Assembly: GCA_013821605.1 (NCBI GenBank)
Contig: JACDGP010000005.1
Location: 14,099-78,098, forward strand
From: Herpetosiphonaceae bacterium
GTDB lineage: Bacteria; Chloroflexota; Chloroflexia; Chloroflexales; Kallotenuaceae
Direction of reading: 5' to 3'
DNA length: 64,000 nt
Numbering within the stretch: position 1 is the first letter of the stretch; each line of letters opens with the position of its first letter. Below the pieces are notes generated by a model that worked only from the letters and a program-made list of their open reading frames with translations, was not told the DNA's origin and did not search any database. Shown here in pieces: positions 1-9,531 of the stretch. The translations under genes and the position numbers were made by a program.

Positions 1-8
1 TGAGGCGG

Positions 9-56
9 GGCGGCCTCTATCCACTGGAACCGTGGATAGAGGCCGCCCTGTTTTCC
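9..56 (+). terminator. Rho-independent terminator of a gene ending at the left window edge
   Basis: Perfect 16-bp inverted repeat GGCGGCCTCTATCCAC (9-24) / GTGGATAGAGGCCGCC (32-47) with a 7-nt loop, followed by T-rich CTGTTTTCCTTT. TGA at 1-3. Confidence 0.8.
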
Positions 57-196
57 TTTGATGCAGTATGCCCGGTCGAAAGGAGGTGGCCAGCGTTCGG
101 CAAGGAGCTCCACAGGCGAATGATTGAGGGAACGGGCCACATTTGGGAAGAGCATGCCACGCGTCATGTGACGCCTATACTCGAAGGAACGGATCG

Positions 197-1744
197 ATGA
201 ACTATACACTTCGTGCCGCGCGCGCACGCTTCATGGCTAACTATCGCGATCCCGTCATGCGGCGGAATGTGACGCTGCTCATGGGCGGCAAGCTCGTGGG
301 TCTGATGATCGTGGTGATGTTAATCAAGTTCTCGTTACCGCCACATGCGCTTGCAAGCAACGGAGCGGCCGACCCCACGCCGGAAATCAACGCGATTAAC
401 ACTGTGTGGACGCTGGTCGCCGCCTTCCTGGTCTTCTGTATGCAGGTCGGCTTCGTCATGCTGGAGGCTGGCTTTGCCCGTTCGCGAGAATCGGTTAATA
501 TCCTGGTCGAAGGGATCGCCGATACCTGCATCTGCGGCATCACTTTCTGGCTCTGGGGCTTCGCCTTCATGTTTGAGGCGGGGACGCCCTTGATTGGAAC
601 GACCGGCTTCATGCTGCAAGGTCTACCCGCGACCTATGGCTCGACCGGCATCCCACTGCTGGCCTTCTGGGTCTTCCAGTATGCCTTTGCCGATACGTGC
701 TCGACCATCACCTCCGGGGCCATGATCGGGCGATGTGGCTTCATTGGCGATTTGCTGTATAGCGTCGGTGTTACCGGCTTCATCTACCCGATCCTCGGTC
801 ACTGGGCGTGGGGTCCCGATGGTTGGTTGGCAACCATGGGACCGGTAGCGTTCCACGACTTCGCCGGATCGACGGTGGTCCATACGATCGGTGGCGCGAT
901 TTCGCTGGCAGGAGCAATTGCCCTCGGCCCACGCCTTGGTCGCGTCTTCAAGCGGGATGGTGGTGGTCCGTGGCCGGCGCATGATCTGATCATTGGCGCA
1001 GTCGGCGGCTTGATCCTCTGGTTCGGCTGGTACGGCTTCAACCCGGGGAGTACGCTTTCGGCACTGGATGCACAGGGCATTGGACGCGTCTCCTTCAACA
1101 CCACGCTGGCCGCCTGTTCGGCCGGACTGACTACAATGTTCTACGCATATATGCGCAGCAAAAAGTGGGACCTCGGTCTCACGGTCAATGGCTTCCTTGC
1201 CGGTTTGGTGGCGATTACCTGTCCCTGCTACTGGGTTGATCCGATCGGCGCGTTTGCGATCGGTCTCGGCGCAGGTCTGGTCGTGGTGTGGGGTATCGAC
1301 TTGCTGGAATACATGCGCATCGATGATCCGATCGGTGCTGTGCCGGTCCATATGGTGGCGGGCATCTGGGGCACGCTTTCCTTGGGTCTCTTCGCCGCCG
1401 GCAAATATGGTGCGCCAACGGCGACCGGTGCCGATACGAGTGCCGTCGTTACGGGACTGTTCTATGGTGGTGGCATGTGGCAACTGGCGGCACAATTTAT
1501 CGGTAGCGCATCGATTACCGTGGCAACCTTTGCGGTATCGATGGTCTTGATGTATGCCGTCAAAGCCACCGGCACCCTGCGTGTCTCGGCTGCAGGCGAA
1601 ATGGAAGGGCTGGATATCCATGAACATGGTGCCTCGGCCTATCCGGAATATATGCTCTCCGGTCGAGCTGATGCACCGAAGCTGGAGCCGGACCGACCGG
1701 TGGTGGCGCCCGGCGGATCGTCACTGGCGGCAGCAGGCGAGTAA
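197..1744 (+). CDS. amt: Ammonium transporter (Amt/MEP family)
   Basis: ORF 143..1744. Multi-TM protein with Amt signatures DFAGSTVVHTIGG, WFGWYGFNPGS and PVHMVAGIWGTL (twin-His pore). ATG at 197 has AAGGAA 7 nt upstream, while 143 is TTG. Starts at 233 or 257 are also possible. Confidence 0.93.
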   Translation: MNYTLRAARARFMANYRDPVMRRNVTLLMGGKLVGLMIVVMLIKFSLPPHALASNGAADPTPEINAINTVWTLVAAFLVFCMQVGFVMLEAGFARSRESVNILVEGIADTCICGITFWLWGFAFMFEAGTPLIGTTGFMLQGLPATYGSTGIPLLAFWVFQYAFADTCSTITSGAMIGRCGFIGDLLYSVGVTGFIYPILGHWAWGPDGWLATMGPVAFHDFAGSTVVHTIGGAISLAGAIALGPRLGRVFKRDGGGPWPAHDLIIGAVGGLILWFGWYGFNPGSTLSALDAQGIGRVSFNTTLAACSAGLTTMFYAYMRSKKWDLGLTVNGFLAGLVAITCPCYWVDPIGAFAIGLGAGLVVVWGIDLLEYMRIDDPIGAVPVHMVAGIWGTLSLGLFAAGKYGAPTATGADTSAVVTGLFYGGGMWQLAAQFIGSASITVATFAVSMVLMYAVKATGTLRVSAAGEMEGLDIHEHGASAYPEYMLSGRADAPKLEPDRPVVAPGGSSLAAAGE

Positions 1745-1773
1745 AGCTTGCGGACACGAAGTTGGATGTGGTC

Positions 1774-1820
1774 ACAGGAGAGCGGCACTTAGCTGCTCTC
1801 CTGTTGCTTAATAGCAACAG
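1774..1820. terminator. Two overlapping hairpins between convergent amt and modB-like genes
   Basis: ACAGGAGAGC (1774-1783) pairs with GCTCTCCTGT (1794-1803). CTGTTGCT (1801-1808) pairs with AGCAACAG (1813-1820). The U-tracts are weak. Confidence 0.5.
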
Positions 1821-1833
1821 GTCTGGTATGCCA

Positions 1834-2706
1834 TTACCTGTCCCATGTGGCTCGAGCAGGTTGCGCCAGGATATATTTCACCACGAACAACACCATAAAC
1901 GAACTGATGAGCAACAACACAGCCAGCGTTAGGGCTACATCGAAGTCGAGTTCAAAACCGATATAGATTGCCAGCGGCATGGTCTGCGTCCGGCCCGGAA
2001 AGTTGCCGGCGAAGATGATCGTCGCACCGAATTCACCTAGCGCGCGCGCCCAGGTCATTACCAACCCGCCTAACAGCGCCGGCCAAGCGAGCGGGAGCGT
2101 AATCGAGCGCAAGACCCGGAGTGGGCCGGCGCCGTCGATCGCTGCGGCTTGTTCGAGCTCGCGCTCGACGCTGCTGAAGCCGGCGACCGCTGCTTTTACA
2201 TAGAAGGGGCTGGCCACAAACGTTTGTGCCAGCACGACGGCAGTGCGTGTGAAGGCAATCTCGATACCCACAGACGTAAGGTAATGACCAAGCAAGCCGC
2301 GTCGTCCAAAGGCGATCAGCAATGCAATGCCGGCCACCGAGGGCGGCAGGACCATCGGCAGATCGATCAGCGTGTCGAGCACATTGCGGCCACGAAAGCG
2401 GCGTCTGGAAAGCAAGTAGGCGACGGGCGTGCCGCCAACCAGCGCCAGTAGTGTGCTGGTCAGGGTTGTGGCAATGCTCAAAGCAATTGCTTGGGCGACA
2501 GTGGGGTCAACAAGATGTGCCAGCAGGGCGGCGGGCGACACGCGCAGCACCAGCGCTAGCAGTGGCACGCCTAAAAAAAGCAGCAGCGGCAAGCTGGCAA
2601 GCACCAACAGGAGGTGCTGGCGCAGTGGACGTCCCGTTAAGAGTGCTGAGGTATGAGGACTGAGCAATGAGGAGGCCTTCAATGGACTTGTATTCCAGCA
2701 CTGCAT
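1834..2706 (-). CDS. modB: Molybdate/sulfate-type ABC transporter permease (ModB/CysTW family)
   Basis: 290-aa ORF, multi-TM. EAA-loop LEQAAAIDGAGPLRVLRSITLPLA and ModB-like FAGNFPGRTQTMPLAIY. The long N-terminal extension and absence of a clear SD make the start uncertain. Confidence 0.85.
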   Translation of the reverse strand: MQCWNTSPLKASSLLSPHTSALLTGRPLRQHLLLVLASLPLLLFLGVPLLALVLRVSPAALLAHLVDPTVAQAIALSIATTLTSTLLALVGGTPVAYLLSRRRFRGRNVLDTLIDLPMVLPPSVAGIALLIAFGRRGLLGHYLTSVGIEIAFTRTAVVLAQTFVASPFYVKAAVAGFSSVERELEQAAAIDGAGPLRVLRSITLPLAWPALLGGLVMTWARALGEFGATIIFAGNFPGRTQTMPLAIYIGFELDFDVALTLAVLLLISSFMVLFVVKYILAQPARATWDR

Positions 2707-2717
2707 TGCATAGGATG

Positions 2718-3278
2718 TTAGGTCAATACGGGTTGCGGTAGGGCAAGTGTCAGGGCACAGGTGTCAAGCCAGGCGCTAATGGCCTCCATCTGGCCGATGC
2801 GGAACTGGAGAACCAGCCAATCGTAGGTGTGTTCTGGTGTGGTCGCCGTGGCCTGCGCGTGGAGATCGGTTAGCCAGTCCTGACAGGCATTGCGCTGCCC
2901 ATCAAGCAGTGCGGCAACAGTAAGCGGATCGTCCTCGGCAAAGTAGAGCTTCGCCAGGAACTCCTGGCGAAAGTCCCGCCCATGCACTACGGGCGTGCGG
3001 AGCCAGTCACTGAATGTCGTTCGGCCATTGGGGGTGAGATGCAGCACCTTGCGAGGTGGACGTGTGCCCTGCGGCTCGGTAACGGTCGTGATGTAACCGG
3101 CCTCCTCCAGACGCCCGAGCAGGGCATAGAGCTGACTTTGTTTGAGGTGCCAGACGAGGCCAAGCTCACTGGTCTCCTGCAAGCGCTGATACATCTCGTA
3201 CGCATGCATCGGGCGCTGGACGAGGAAGCCAAGCAGGGCATGCTCCAGGGTTAGCGGCAGTTTAATCATCGGGCTCAT
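2718..3278 (-). CDS. PadR-family transcriptional regulator
   Basis: Winged-helix segment LEHALLGFLVQRPMHAYEMYQRL...WHLKQSQLYALLGRLEEAGYI is typical of PadR. I chose the internal ATG at 3278 (MSPMIKL...), because the residues upstream of it in the 245-aa ORF look non-coding and AT-rich. The stop is 11 nt before the modB-like start. Confidence 0.8.
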   Translation of the reverse strand: MSPMIKLPLTLEHALLGFLVQRPMHAYEMYQRLQETSELGLVWHLKQSQLYALLGRLEEAGYITTVTEPQGTRPPRKVLHLTPNGRTTFSDWLRTPVVHGRDFRQEFLAKLYFAEDDPLTVAALLDGQRNACQDWLTDLHAQATATTPEHTYDWLVLQFRIGQMEAISAWLDTCALTLALPQPVLT

Positions 3279-3469
3279 GGCAGTACTTATTTGATGAATA
3301 CTTAACAGCTTTATGCTGTTGTATTGATTATCAAGCGTATCGTCGCCTGTGTCAATAAGGGCATATTTTAGACAAGTTGCAACGCAGATAGGGATGTCGA
3401 GTTTTGGGGGTGTAAGCAACTCTTGGTATGATAGGGTGTGTGAGTGGTAGAGCACGGAAGGAGGGGACG

Positions 3470-4468
3470 ATGCGGAATCAGGAACTTCCTTGGACGCAAC
3501 CGGAGTGGCTAGAGGAGGCGAGCGCGTGGGTGCATGGCGAGCTGGAACGTCATGGACTGAGGGTCAGCGGGCCGATTGAGCAGCCGCATCTACGACCCTG
3601 GGCGACCGTGCTGCGCGTACCAACAGCTGCGGGTGCAGTTTACTTCAAAGCGACGGTCCCGATCCTGGCACACGAAGTAGCACTGACTGCTGCACTGGCG
3701 CGCTGGCATACTCATTATACTGTGCCGGTGCTTGCGGCTGATCTTGATCGCCACTGGTTGCTGCTGGCAGATGGTGGTACTACACTGCGCGAGATTATCC
3801 GGGCCGATCATGACCTTCGCCACTGGAAAACGCTCCTGCCCCTGTATGCCGAGCTACAGATCGAGCTCGCCGCCCGCCTGCCTGAGCTGCTGCGGTTCGG
3901 GACCCCTGATCGCCGCCTGCATCAACTACCACTGCAGTATGAGCGGCTCCTAGACGATACGAATGCGCTGCACCTCGATCAGCCCGGTGGCTTGACCGCC
4001 GGGGAGTATCAGCAGCTACGTGGCCTCAGCGCATATGTGACGGAGCTATGTGAACAACTGGCAAGTTATCACGTGCCAGAGTCGCTGCACCATGGTGATT
4101 TCCACGACGCCAATATCTTTGTGCGGGATGGTCAGTTCCGCTTCTTCGATTGGGGCGATAGCTGTGTGACGCATCCTTTCTTTTCGCTGCGCACGGTGTT
4201 TGTCAGTATGGAAATGAGCTTAGGGCTGGACGAGGGGAGCGAACCTTCAGACGTCCTTGACGCCTACCTGGAGCCATGGACGCGCTTTGGCAGTCGAGTC
4301 GAGTTGCATGCGGCTTACAAACTGGCCCGCCAACTGGCAGCGATTTGCTCCGCGCTCACCTGGCACCGCGTCGTATCAACGTTGGCTCCGGCACTCCAGA
4401 TGGAGTATGCCGAGCCCGTGCCAGCGCTGCTGCAAGAGTTCCTCGGCCTCCAGTTGAAAGCAAGATGA
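3470..4468 (+). CDS. Aminoglycoside/choline-kinase-like phosphotransferase (APH family)
   Basis: Catalytic loop HGDFHDANIFV (HxDxxxxN) and FFDWGDS. ATG at 3470 is preceded by GGAGGGGA. Confidence 0.8.
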   Translation: MRNQELPWTQPEWLEEASAWVHGELERHGLRVSGPIEQPHLRPWATVLRVPTAAGAVYFKATVPILAHEVALTAALARWHTHYTVPVLAADLDRHWLLLADGGTTLREIIRADHDLRHWKTLLPLYAELQIELAARLPELLRFGTPDRRLHQLPLQYERLLDDTNALHLDQPGGLTAGEYQQLRGLSAYVTELCEQLASYHVPESLHHGDFHDANIFVRDGQFRFFDWGDSCVTHPFFSLRTVFVSMEMSLGLDEGSEPSDVLDAYLEPWTRFGSRVELHAAYKLARQLAAICSALTWHRVVSTLAPALQMEYAEPVPALLQEFLGLQLKAR

Positions 4469-4472
4469 TCAA

Positions 4473-6551
4473 ATGATATCACAAACGCGTGGGGCTCTAC
4501 AGGAGGCTCCGGCCGTAGCCACAGCGCGGGAGGTACAAGGTACTCGGCTGACAAGCGTACTCCTATTTGTCGCAGCACTGCTGCCACGGGCCGCGCTCTG
4601 GCAGTTTATGACCGTCGACGAGGCGGATCACTGGTTCGACCGGGCCGACAAGTTCCTCCAGGCTGTGCAAAACCGGGATTGGGCCGGTACGAATCTCGTT
4701 GGGCATCCAGGTGTGACGACGATGTGGCTCGGCGCGGCCGGTATCGCTACACATCATGCCCTAGCACGGCTCGGCTTGCTCCATCTCGCCGATCCCATAG
4801 CCCATCGTATACTCCTACGGTTGCCTAGCGCCATTACGACCTCGCTGTGTGTAGCATTAGCTTTTCCACTCCTGCGCCGGTTAGTCGGTGGGCGTGTTGC
4901 TTTGCTCGGGACACTCTTCTGGGCGACAGAACCATTCCTGGTGGCGCATGCGCAGTTGTTGCATACCGATGCCCTGCTCACGTCGTTCATTATGCTGGCG
5001 GTGCTGGCGGCAATGATCGCTTTTCGCTTGGATGAGGGTCCTGATCGGTATGAGCGACCGCTACGGTGGGGCATGTGGTGTACTTCGGCCATCGCGGGTG
5101 GTTTGGCCGTACTTACCAAGTCGCCCTCGGTGGTGCTACTGCCGATGCTTGGCCTCCTTGCCCTGGCCGGGCGGTGGCACGCGCCACGCTTCAGGCATAA
5201 GCTGCCGCTGTTGCCACTCGTTGTGTGGGGAGCTATCGCAGCAGCGGTATGGTTCATCTTGTGGCCGGCAACGTGGGTCGATCCGGTGGGCTCACTAGCC
5301 AGTATGTATCGCGAAGCCAGGTATGACGGCGGGAGTCCGCATGGCTGGGGCAACTTCTTCCTGGGTCATGCGGTGGCCAATCCGGGTTTGCTTTTCTATC
5401 CGGTGGCTATCCTGCTACGACTTGCGCCATGGACCCTGCTCGGCTTGATCGCGGCCGTGGCAGCACTGGTTTGGGAGCGCAGGCGCGTGTGGGAGCGTCC
5501 GGCTTTGCCACTGCTGGCCCTGTTCATCCTCGGCTTTGTTGCTATGATGAGCACCGGCGCGAAAAAATTTGATCGTTATGTGCTGCCGATCTTTCCGGCG
5601 CTGGATGTCGTCGCCGCTGCCGGCATTCTGTGGCTAGCAGGTACGGTGTATCGCAGGTGGGCCACACGCACTGCTCGTCCACTCCCCATCCCCGCTACGC
5701 TGCTTTGGCTGCTCCTTGTTGCGGGGCTCAGCGCAAACCTGCTGGCTTATTATCCCTATGAATTGGCTTACTACGATCCGTTGTTGGGTGGCGGGCGGGT
5801 CGCGGCGCAAACGATTCCAATCGGGTGGGGGGAGGGCTATGATCAAGTGGCGGCCTTCATCGCTAGCCAGTCAGGACAGTGTGACCGGCCGATAGCTGCG
5901 TGGTATAAATCCGTGCTCGCGCCGTATGTTTGTGATCCGGTCGTCTCGATGTATGATGCCTTGGAGCGCGGCAAGGCGCGCTATGCAGTGCTGTATATCG
6001 ACCAGCTCCAGCGCAACAACGCTCCTGAGGTGACTGCGGCTTTGCTGGGCAAACAGCAGCCGCTGTACACGGTACGACTGCACGGCATCCCGTATGCCTC
6101 GATCTACGAACTGCCACCAGCCATCGCGCACCCGGTCCCCGCTACGTTCGGTTCAGCCATTCACTTCAATGGCTATGATGTTAATGCGACGAATATACGC
6201 AAGGACGGAACGCTCACGGTCCGGCTCGATTGGAGTATGGGACGCTCGGTAGCAGAGCAGTATGCCTTGTTCGTACATGTGCTTAATGCGCGCGGTGAGC
6301 GTGTAGGCCAGATAGATGTCCCGCTGGGTGGTTCGCAAGTACCGGCGAGCAACTGGCAGGCCGGTCAACCAGTTTGGTGGGACCAGGGTATCCCGGTGGC
6401 CAAGGATCTGGCACCGGGTACGTACTGGCTAGCAGTGGGCGTGTATAACCCACAGGATTTCAAGCGTTTACCCCTAGCAACCACAGCACAGTCCGACGCA
6501 CCGAGTGATGGGCCGAACGCCCTACGACTAGGACCCGTTGCATTACCTTGA
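4473..6551 (+). CDS. GT-C fold glycosyltransferase, family 39 / ArnT-PMT-like, copy A
   Basis: 692 aa. About 12 TM segments with a first-loop DEADHW motif, and a C-terminal soluble domain of about 200 aa. It starts 4 nt after the APH stop and is a paralog of 45010..47094. Confidence 0.85.
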   Translation: MISQTRGALQEAPAVATAREVQGTRLTSVLLFVAALLPRAALWQFMTVDEADHWFDRADKFLQAVQNRDWAGTNLVGHPGVTTMWLGAAGIATHHALARLGLLHLADPIAHRILLRLPSAITTSLCVALAFPLLRRLVGGRVALLGTLFWATEPFLVAHAQLLHTDALLTSFIMLAVLAAMIAFRLDEGPDRYERPLRWGMWCTSAIAGGLAVLTKSPSVVLLPMLGLLALAGRWHAPRFRHKLPLLPLVVWGAIAAAVWFILWPATWVDPVGSLASMYREARYDGGSPHGWGNFFLGHAVANPGLLFYPVAILLRLAPWTLLGLIAAVAALVWERRRVWERPALPLLALFILGFVAMMSTGAKKFDRYVLPIFPALDVVAAAGILWLAGTVYRRWATRTARPLPIPATLLWLLLVAGLSANLLAYYPYELAYYDPLLGGGRVAAQTIPIGWGEGYDQVAAFIASQSGQCDRPIAAWYKSVLAPYVCDPVVSMYDALERGKARYAVLYIDQLQRNNAPEVTAALLGKQQPLYTVRLHGIPYASIYELPPAIAHPVPATFGSAIHFNGYDVNATNIRKDGTLTVRLDWSMGRSVAEQYALFVHVLNARGERVGQIDVPLGGSQVPASNWQAGQPVWWDQGIPVAKDLAPGTYWLAVGVYNPQDFKRLPLATTAQSDAPSDGPNALRLGPVALP

Positions 6552-6726
6552 GCTCGGTCTTGCAGATACTGCGTCGTTGCTCCACCCCGGATTGAACTCA
6601 TCAGCACGCCATCACCGTTGTAGGTGGGGATCAGCCGGGTGAGTGCGTCGATGGTGTTGGTGCCATCGCTCAGCAGGTTGCCGTATGTAGGAGCGCTCCG
6701 GCGTCCCGCGTTGCTGTCGCACTGCT
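6552..6726 (-). pseudogene. RHS-repeat remnant (about 55 codons) wedged between two genes
   Basis: The minus-strand translation is ...APTYGNLLSDGTNTIDALTRLIPTYNGDGVLMSSIRGGATTQYLQD. It parallels SDALNRLTSTVTGNTTTSSTYNGDGMLVGTTQGGATPQYVQD of the 11401..12573 RHS fragment. Homology stops within about 5 nt of the GT39 stop codon. Confidence 0.6.
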
Positions 6727-8172
6727 CTACCCGTGCCCGAGTTGATACGGGTTATCAGACTGCACCGCCATCAGGTACCACGAGGTCGCGCCGATGTGGA
6801 GGTATTGGAAATAGCCGAAGCCATAGCCCGTATCGAGCGGGCTGGACGCGGCGACCACACCGGTACCCGTCGGAATAGGCTTGCCGCCGACTGTCTGATT
6901 TTGCCCCAAGCTCGCCTGCGCCTTGCGGATATTCAGGAGATAGCCTTCGGCCCTCACCCGATCCCCTGGCGCGGAGCGCTGGAGCAACGCGTCGGCGAGG
7001 TGCGCGGTTCCTTCAAGCCAGACCGCGCTGGGGTCGGGCAACGGACCATAGCCGCCGATCGGCGCGCCCGGATTTGCCCGCAAGCTGGCGGAGGAGAAGC
7101 TTACACCGCTGAGCGTCAGGTTGCCCGTCAGCCCCGAGTTTGGGTCCTGGGGCGTATCAGTGACCCGCAGGTTCGTGTTCGCCCAATCGACCGAGGCCAT
7201 ATAGGTGGGGTCGAGGAGGGCGAGATAGCTCCAGGTCTGTACGTCCTCAGGGATGGGGGTGGGGTTAAGCGTCCCATCCGGGTTGGTACCCGTATAAAAG
7301 TAGCCCGCGGTCGGGTTCCACATTGCCACGATAAATATGTGTGCGTGCGCGGCTCGGTCTGCCCAGGTGCTGTCACCGGTGAGCTTGTTCAGCATCGTGA
7401 AGAAGGCGTAGACGTCGATGTTGTGCTCGGTGGCAGCATAGGTCAGCCGGTTATTAGCGCCGTCGACACCGAAGGTATACCCGCCAAAGCCGATCGTGGA
7501 ATACGCGTTGTCGACGATCCAGTTGCCGAGCGCCGTGGCGCCGTCTTCGTAGCGCTGCTGGCCAGTAGCGGCGAAGAGTTGCGCGAGCGCGATGCCAGCC
7601 CAGGCCATGTCGCCCACGGCGCTGCCAGTGAAGCCGAACTGCGACGCGATGTTCACCGTCCCATCGGGATGGACGAAGTTGTCGGGTTGCGGGGTGCCAT
7701 CATAGAACACGTAGGGTCCGACATTGTAGGCCTGCCGCAGTCGCCCGTCATTGTAGGTAGGGTCGTGCGCCTGAGCATACAGCAGACTATCGCCGAGCAC
7801 CCGAGCCCGCATGCGATCGTCACGGGTGCCACGCGTCAGAAACGCGAGGACCGTGAGCGCGTTATCATACGTAAACGCCGTGCTGAAGAGCCCGTTCTGG
7901 TCGGAGTAGCTTTGGACCAGACGCGTCGTCGTGCCTTGGTCGTAGGCATCCATCATCGTCTGAAGAAACCCGTAGCCGCGTTGGATCGAGTCCAGCAACG
8001 CTGCTGAGCTCTGGCCGGTAGCGCTGGCCATGGTATCACGTGCCGCCGCCACGTTGTCGATCCAACCGGTCGCCAATAAGCCGGCCAGACCAGCCATCCC
8101 CAGACCACGCTTCAAGAAGCTACGGCGTGGAATGCCGCCGTCCCGAATGTTTTCATCTCGTGCTGATCGCAT
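6727..8172 (-). CDS. Tat-exported protein, possibly a six-hairpin (alpha/alpha)6 glycosidase-like fold
   Basis: Twin-arginine signal RRSFLKRGLGMAGLAGLLATG. ATG at 8172 has GAGGA upstream, while 8202 is GTG. The fold assignment is a guess from helical repeat motifs (DNALTVLAFL, GDMAWAGIALAQLF). Confidence 0.7.
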   Translation of the reverse strand: MRSARDENIRDGGIPRRSFLKRGLGMAGLAGLLATGWIDNVAAARDTMASATGQSSAALLDSIQRGYGFLQTMMDAYDQGTTTRLVQSYSDQNGLFSTAFTYDNALTVLAFLTRGTRDDRMRARVLGDSLLYAQAHDPTYNDGRLRQAYNVGPYVFYDGTPQPDNFVHPDGTVNIASQFGFTGSAVGDMAWAGIALAQLFAATGQQRYEDGATALGNWIVDNAYSTIGFGGYTFGVDGANNRLTYAATEHNIDVYAFFTMLNKLTGDSTWADRAAHAHIFIVAMWNPTAGYFYTGTNPDGTLNPTPIPEDVQTWSYLALLDPTYMASVDWANTNLRVTDTPQDPNSGLTGNLTLSGVSFSSASLRANPGAPIGGYGPLPDPSAVWLEGTAHLADALLQRSAPGDRVRAEGYLLNIRKAQASLGQNQTVGGKPIPTGTGVVAASSPLDTGYGFGYFQYLHIGATSWYLMAVQSDNPYQLGHG

Positions 8173-8312
8173 TGCATCCTCGCACTCATCGGCACCGATC
8201 ACCAGGGTGTGGACGCACTATAGCACGATGTGGGCCGGATGTGGTGTACGTCATATGCTATCTCATACCCTCATTGCACATGGTCCGTAATGGTCCATTT
8301 CTGCAACTTCAC

Positions 8313-9325
8313 CTATACTTGGCAACAGCTTACCGCGGAGGTTCTGTACCAGACATGACTCCCACAAACGACACTGCTCCAGTGATGGAATTGCGAGTCG
8401 CGCTGACGACCAACAACTATGAGCGCCTTGTGAACTTCTACTGTATCGGTCTTGGACTTGAACCAGCCCAACTGTGGGCCGGCGGCGACGATCACGCCAT
8501 CATCCTTCATGACACTTTGCACTTGTGCCCGCACCAGGCTTCGGAACGCGACCTCATTGCTGATCTGCGCCGTGGCGAGCTGAAAGCCGACGTTACTTAG
8601 GCCTTGCATTACACGGTCATAATTGCCTTCGCAGAAGCCAGCGAGGATCTCATCGGCCGGGGCCAATGATGCTTGCGCAAGGTACTCTGCAGAGCTGGGC
8701 AGATTGTTCCACAGCGAAGCTGCGCCGCGTCCTAAGACCGGCAGCGTCGCGCCGGGATCATGGAGCAGATCGACCGTGGGCTGGAGCATGCCCTGGATCG
8801 CCTGTCCTACCGTGATGGGTACAATGGCGAACCGGCGGGCGGCATCCTGCACGTTCAAATCCCGTATTCCTGTGACCACCACACAGTCCCGTTCGCCCAC
8901 CGTCAAGGTGTGGCCAAAGACGGTGATTTGCTTCTTTGGAATACAGTTGCCGCTCGGATCGGTGTTGAGCGTCGGGCTGTCATAGCCATACTGATAGGGC
9001 TGGAGTGACATGGGTTGCGATACGTCGCCCGCAAATGGATCGCGCCCCACAAACTTACCACTGCCCGGTTGATACCATCTCGCCCCCAGGTTGACGAGTC
9101 CCGTGGTCGCATCCTGCAATTCACATAGCTCGTGCCAGGACTTTCTGCCGCGCTCGTGAGCCGTTGGAGGCCGTCATAACCGTACTGGACACTCCGCACT
9201 TGGCTTCCCAAGGTCTCGGTCACCGACAGCCGGTCGCCCACACGGTCAAGGCCATACTGGAAGCGACTGCGCGCGATCCACCGCATCTCCGACAATTTCG
9301 CAGCAGAGCTTAACCTCTGAAGCAA
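8313..9325 (-). pseudogene. Frameshifted, internally deleted RHS fragment with an uncharacterised C-terminal tip
   Basis: Frame A (9325-9110) has YD/RHS repeats (RFQYGLDRVGDRLSVTE...VQYGYDGLQRLTSAAESPGTSY). Frame B (9119 onward) has ELQDATTGLVNLGARWYQPGSGKFVGRDPFAGD...NTDPSGN, then a unique tail. Its last 65 or so codons are antisense to the VOC remnant. Confidence 0.7.
8354..8600 (+). pseudogene. 5' remnant of a VOC/glyoxalase-family gene
   Basis: MELRVALTTNNYERLVNFYCIGLGLEPAQLWAGGDDHAIIL resembles a VOC N-terminal beta-alpha-beta-beta-beta unit. After about 8510 the frame looks non-homologous, and the opposite strand carries RHS-tip coding sequence. Confidence 0.4.
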
Positions 9326-9452
9326 CTACTATGTTTTCAGGTACAATATGGCAATACCTTCGCCAAAAATCGGACAACGCTTTGGATCCCTTGCAGTGAT
9401 AGGTTTTGACAGTGTGTTGCCGGGCGGGAATTAAAACCTGCTTCACGCAACC

Positions 9453-9480
9453 TTGCCACAATTTAGTTTGATCATACTAT
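9453..9480 (+). promoter_or_regulatory. Candidate sigma-70-type promoter for the 9532 hydrolase gene
   Basis: TTGCCA (9453-9458), a 16-nt spacer, then TACTAT (9475-9480), about 50 nt upstream of the ATG. Confidence 0.35.
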
Positions 9481-9531
9481 GTCACGCCCCTGTGCCTTCC
9501 GCCGTGAGATGACCTCTTTTACAAGGAAAAA

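Noticed and set aside
623-1627. 334-aa minus-strand ORF inside the ammonium transporter gene
   Set aside because: It is entirely antisense to a gene with unmistakable Amt motifs. Its Arg/Gly/Thr-rich composition is typical of shadow ORFs in high-GC DNA, and it has no RBS.
6733-8007. 424-aa plus-strand ORF opposite the Tat-exported protein gene
   Set aside because: Its extremely Arg-rich, low-complexity translation is antisense to a gene with a clear twin-arginine signal and coding periodicity.
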